Source: Mycoplasmoides pneumoniae FH (lineage in GTDB: Bacteria; Bacillota_I; Bacilli_A; Mycoplasmatales; Mycoplasmoidaceae). Taken from it: a stretch of 32,000 bases of DNA. Position numbers and translations under genes: made by a program. Numbering within the stretch: position 1 is the first letter of the stretch; each line of letters begins with the position of its first letter. The notes below the pieces were generated by a model that made no database searches, was not told where the DNA came from, and worked only from the letters and a program-made list of their open reading frames with translations. Location of the stretch: NCBI RefSeq assembly GCF_001272835.1, contig NZ_CP010546.1, positions 752,809-784,808 on the forward strand, read 5' to 3'. Below are positions 31,451 to 32,000 of this stretch, one piece after another.

Positions 31451-32000
31451 CTTTCTTTGCTAAATATTGCTTATACAAATCAGGACGGTATTGAGCCGTT
31501 CTGAGCAGTTGTTGTTCTTTGCGATAAGCCTCTATCTTTTTATGGTCACCTGATAATAATATTTCAGGTACCTTATCCCCGTCTAGATCATATGGCCTAG
31601 TGTAAGCGGGGAAATCCAGTAAGTAGTTGTTAAATGATTCGTGGATTAAGCTCTGATCATTAATGACACCCTTAATTAAACGAACAGTGGCATCAATCAC
31701 ACTTAAAGCCACTAACTCCCCACCACTCAACACAAAGTCACCTAACGAAATAATTTGATCGACATGTTTATACAAGCGGTAATCAAAGCCCTCATAGTGA
31801 CCACAGATCAAAATGAGGTGTTCCGTTTGGGTTAAAGCTTGCGCCATGGGTTGGGAAAACTGTTGTCCCTCAGGTGATAATAAAACTACTTTCGATTGTG
31901 GAGTTCTACAAGCCTTTAAAGCTTTGAGAATTGGTTCAGCTTTTAGAATCATCCCGCCACCTCCTCCGTAAGCCATATCATCAACCGTTTGGTGTTTGTC
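31434..32000 (-). CDS. trmD: tRNA (guanine-N1)-methyltransferase, partial (5' end beyond window)
   Basis: DKHQTVDDMAYGGGGGMILKAEPI...LILICGHYEGFDYRLYKHVDQIISLGDFVLSGGELVALSVIDATVRLIKGVI; open to the window edge. Confidence 0.96.
   Translation of the reverse strand, partial: DKHQTVDDMAYGGGGGMILKAEPILKALKACRTPQSKVVLLSPEGQQFSQPMAQALTQTEHLILICGHYEGFDYRLYKHVDQIISLGDFVLSGGELVALSVIDATVRLIKGVINDQSLIHESFNNYLLDFPAYTRPYDLDGDKVPEILLSGDHKKIEAYRKEQQLLRTAQYRPDLYKQYLAKKDEKNK

Noticed and set aside
1-32000. CRISPR arrays, rRNA, tRNA and transposase genes
   Set aside because: I saw no regularly spaced short repeats, no rRNA-like blocks, no convincing tRNA cloverleaf and no transposase motifs. A tRNAscan/Infernal run was not possible, so small RNAs cannot be excluded.

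Overview
This 32 kb window matches a Mycoplasma pneumoniae-type genome. I recognised this from gene content and order, not from a search. UGA is read as tryptophan (genetic code 4), so the supplied ORF track breaks many genes at TGA; I rejoined them by hand. Left to right it contains: a small sigma-like/recombination-regulator-type gene, ptsI, gpmI, tpiA, a YitT-type membrane protein, tsf and pyrH; then an accessory block with a GHKL-type ATPase fused to an HExxH metallopeptidase-like domain, followed by a second, split and decaying copy; then frr, cdsA and an orphan type I hsdS. A minus-strand lipoprotein array of about 10 kb follows, with mosaic modules, frameshifts and decayed members. After it come the mannitol PTS genes mtlA (N-terminus disrupted), mtlD and mtlF, another decayed lipoprotein, a DUF16/UPF0134 coiled-coil gene, a small ORF with an unusually strong Shine-Dalgarno sequence and its own terminator-like hairpin, an RbgA-like GTPase, a second YitT-type protein, rplS and partial trmD. 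The most interesting candidates are the duplicated GHKL ATPase/HExxH module, the modular rebuilding of the lipoprotein array, the broken mtlA with a perfect dyad upstream, and the possibly overlooked small ORF near 28.8 kb.
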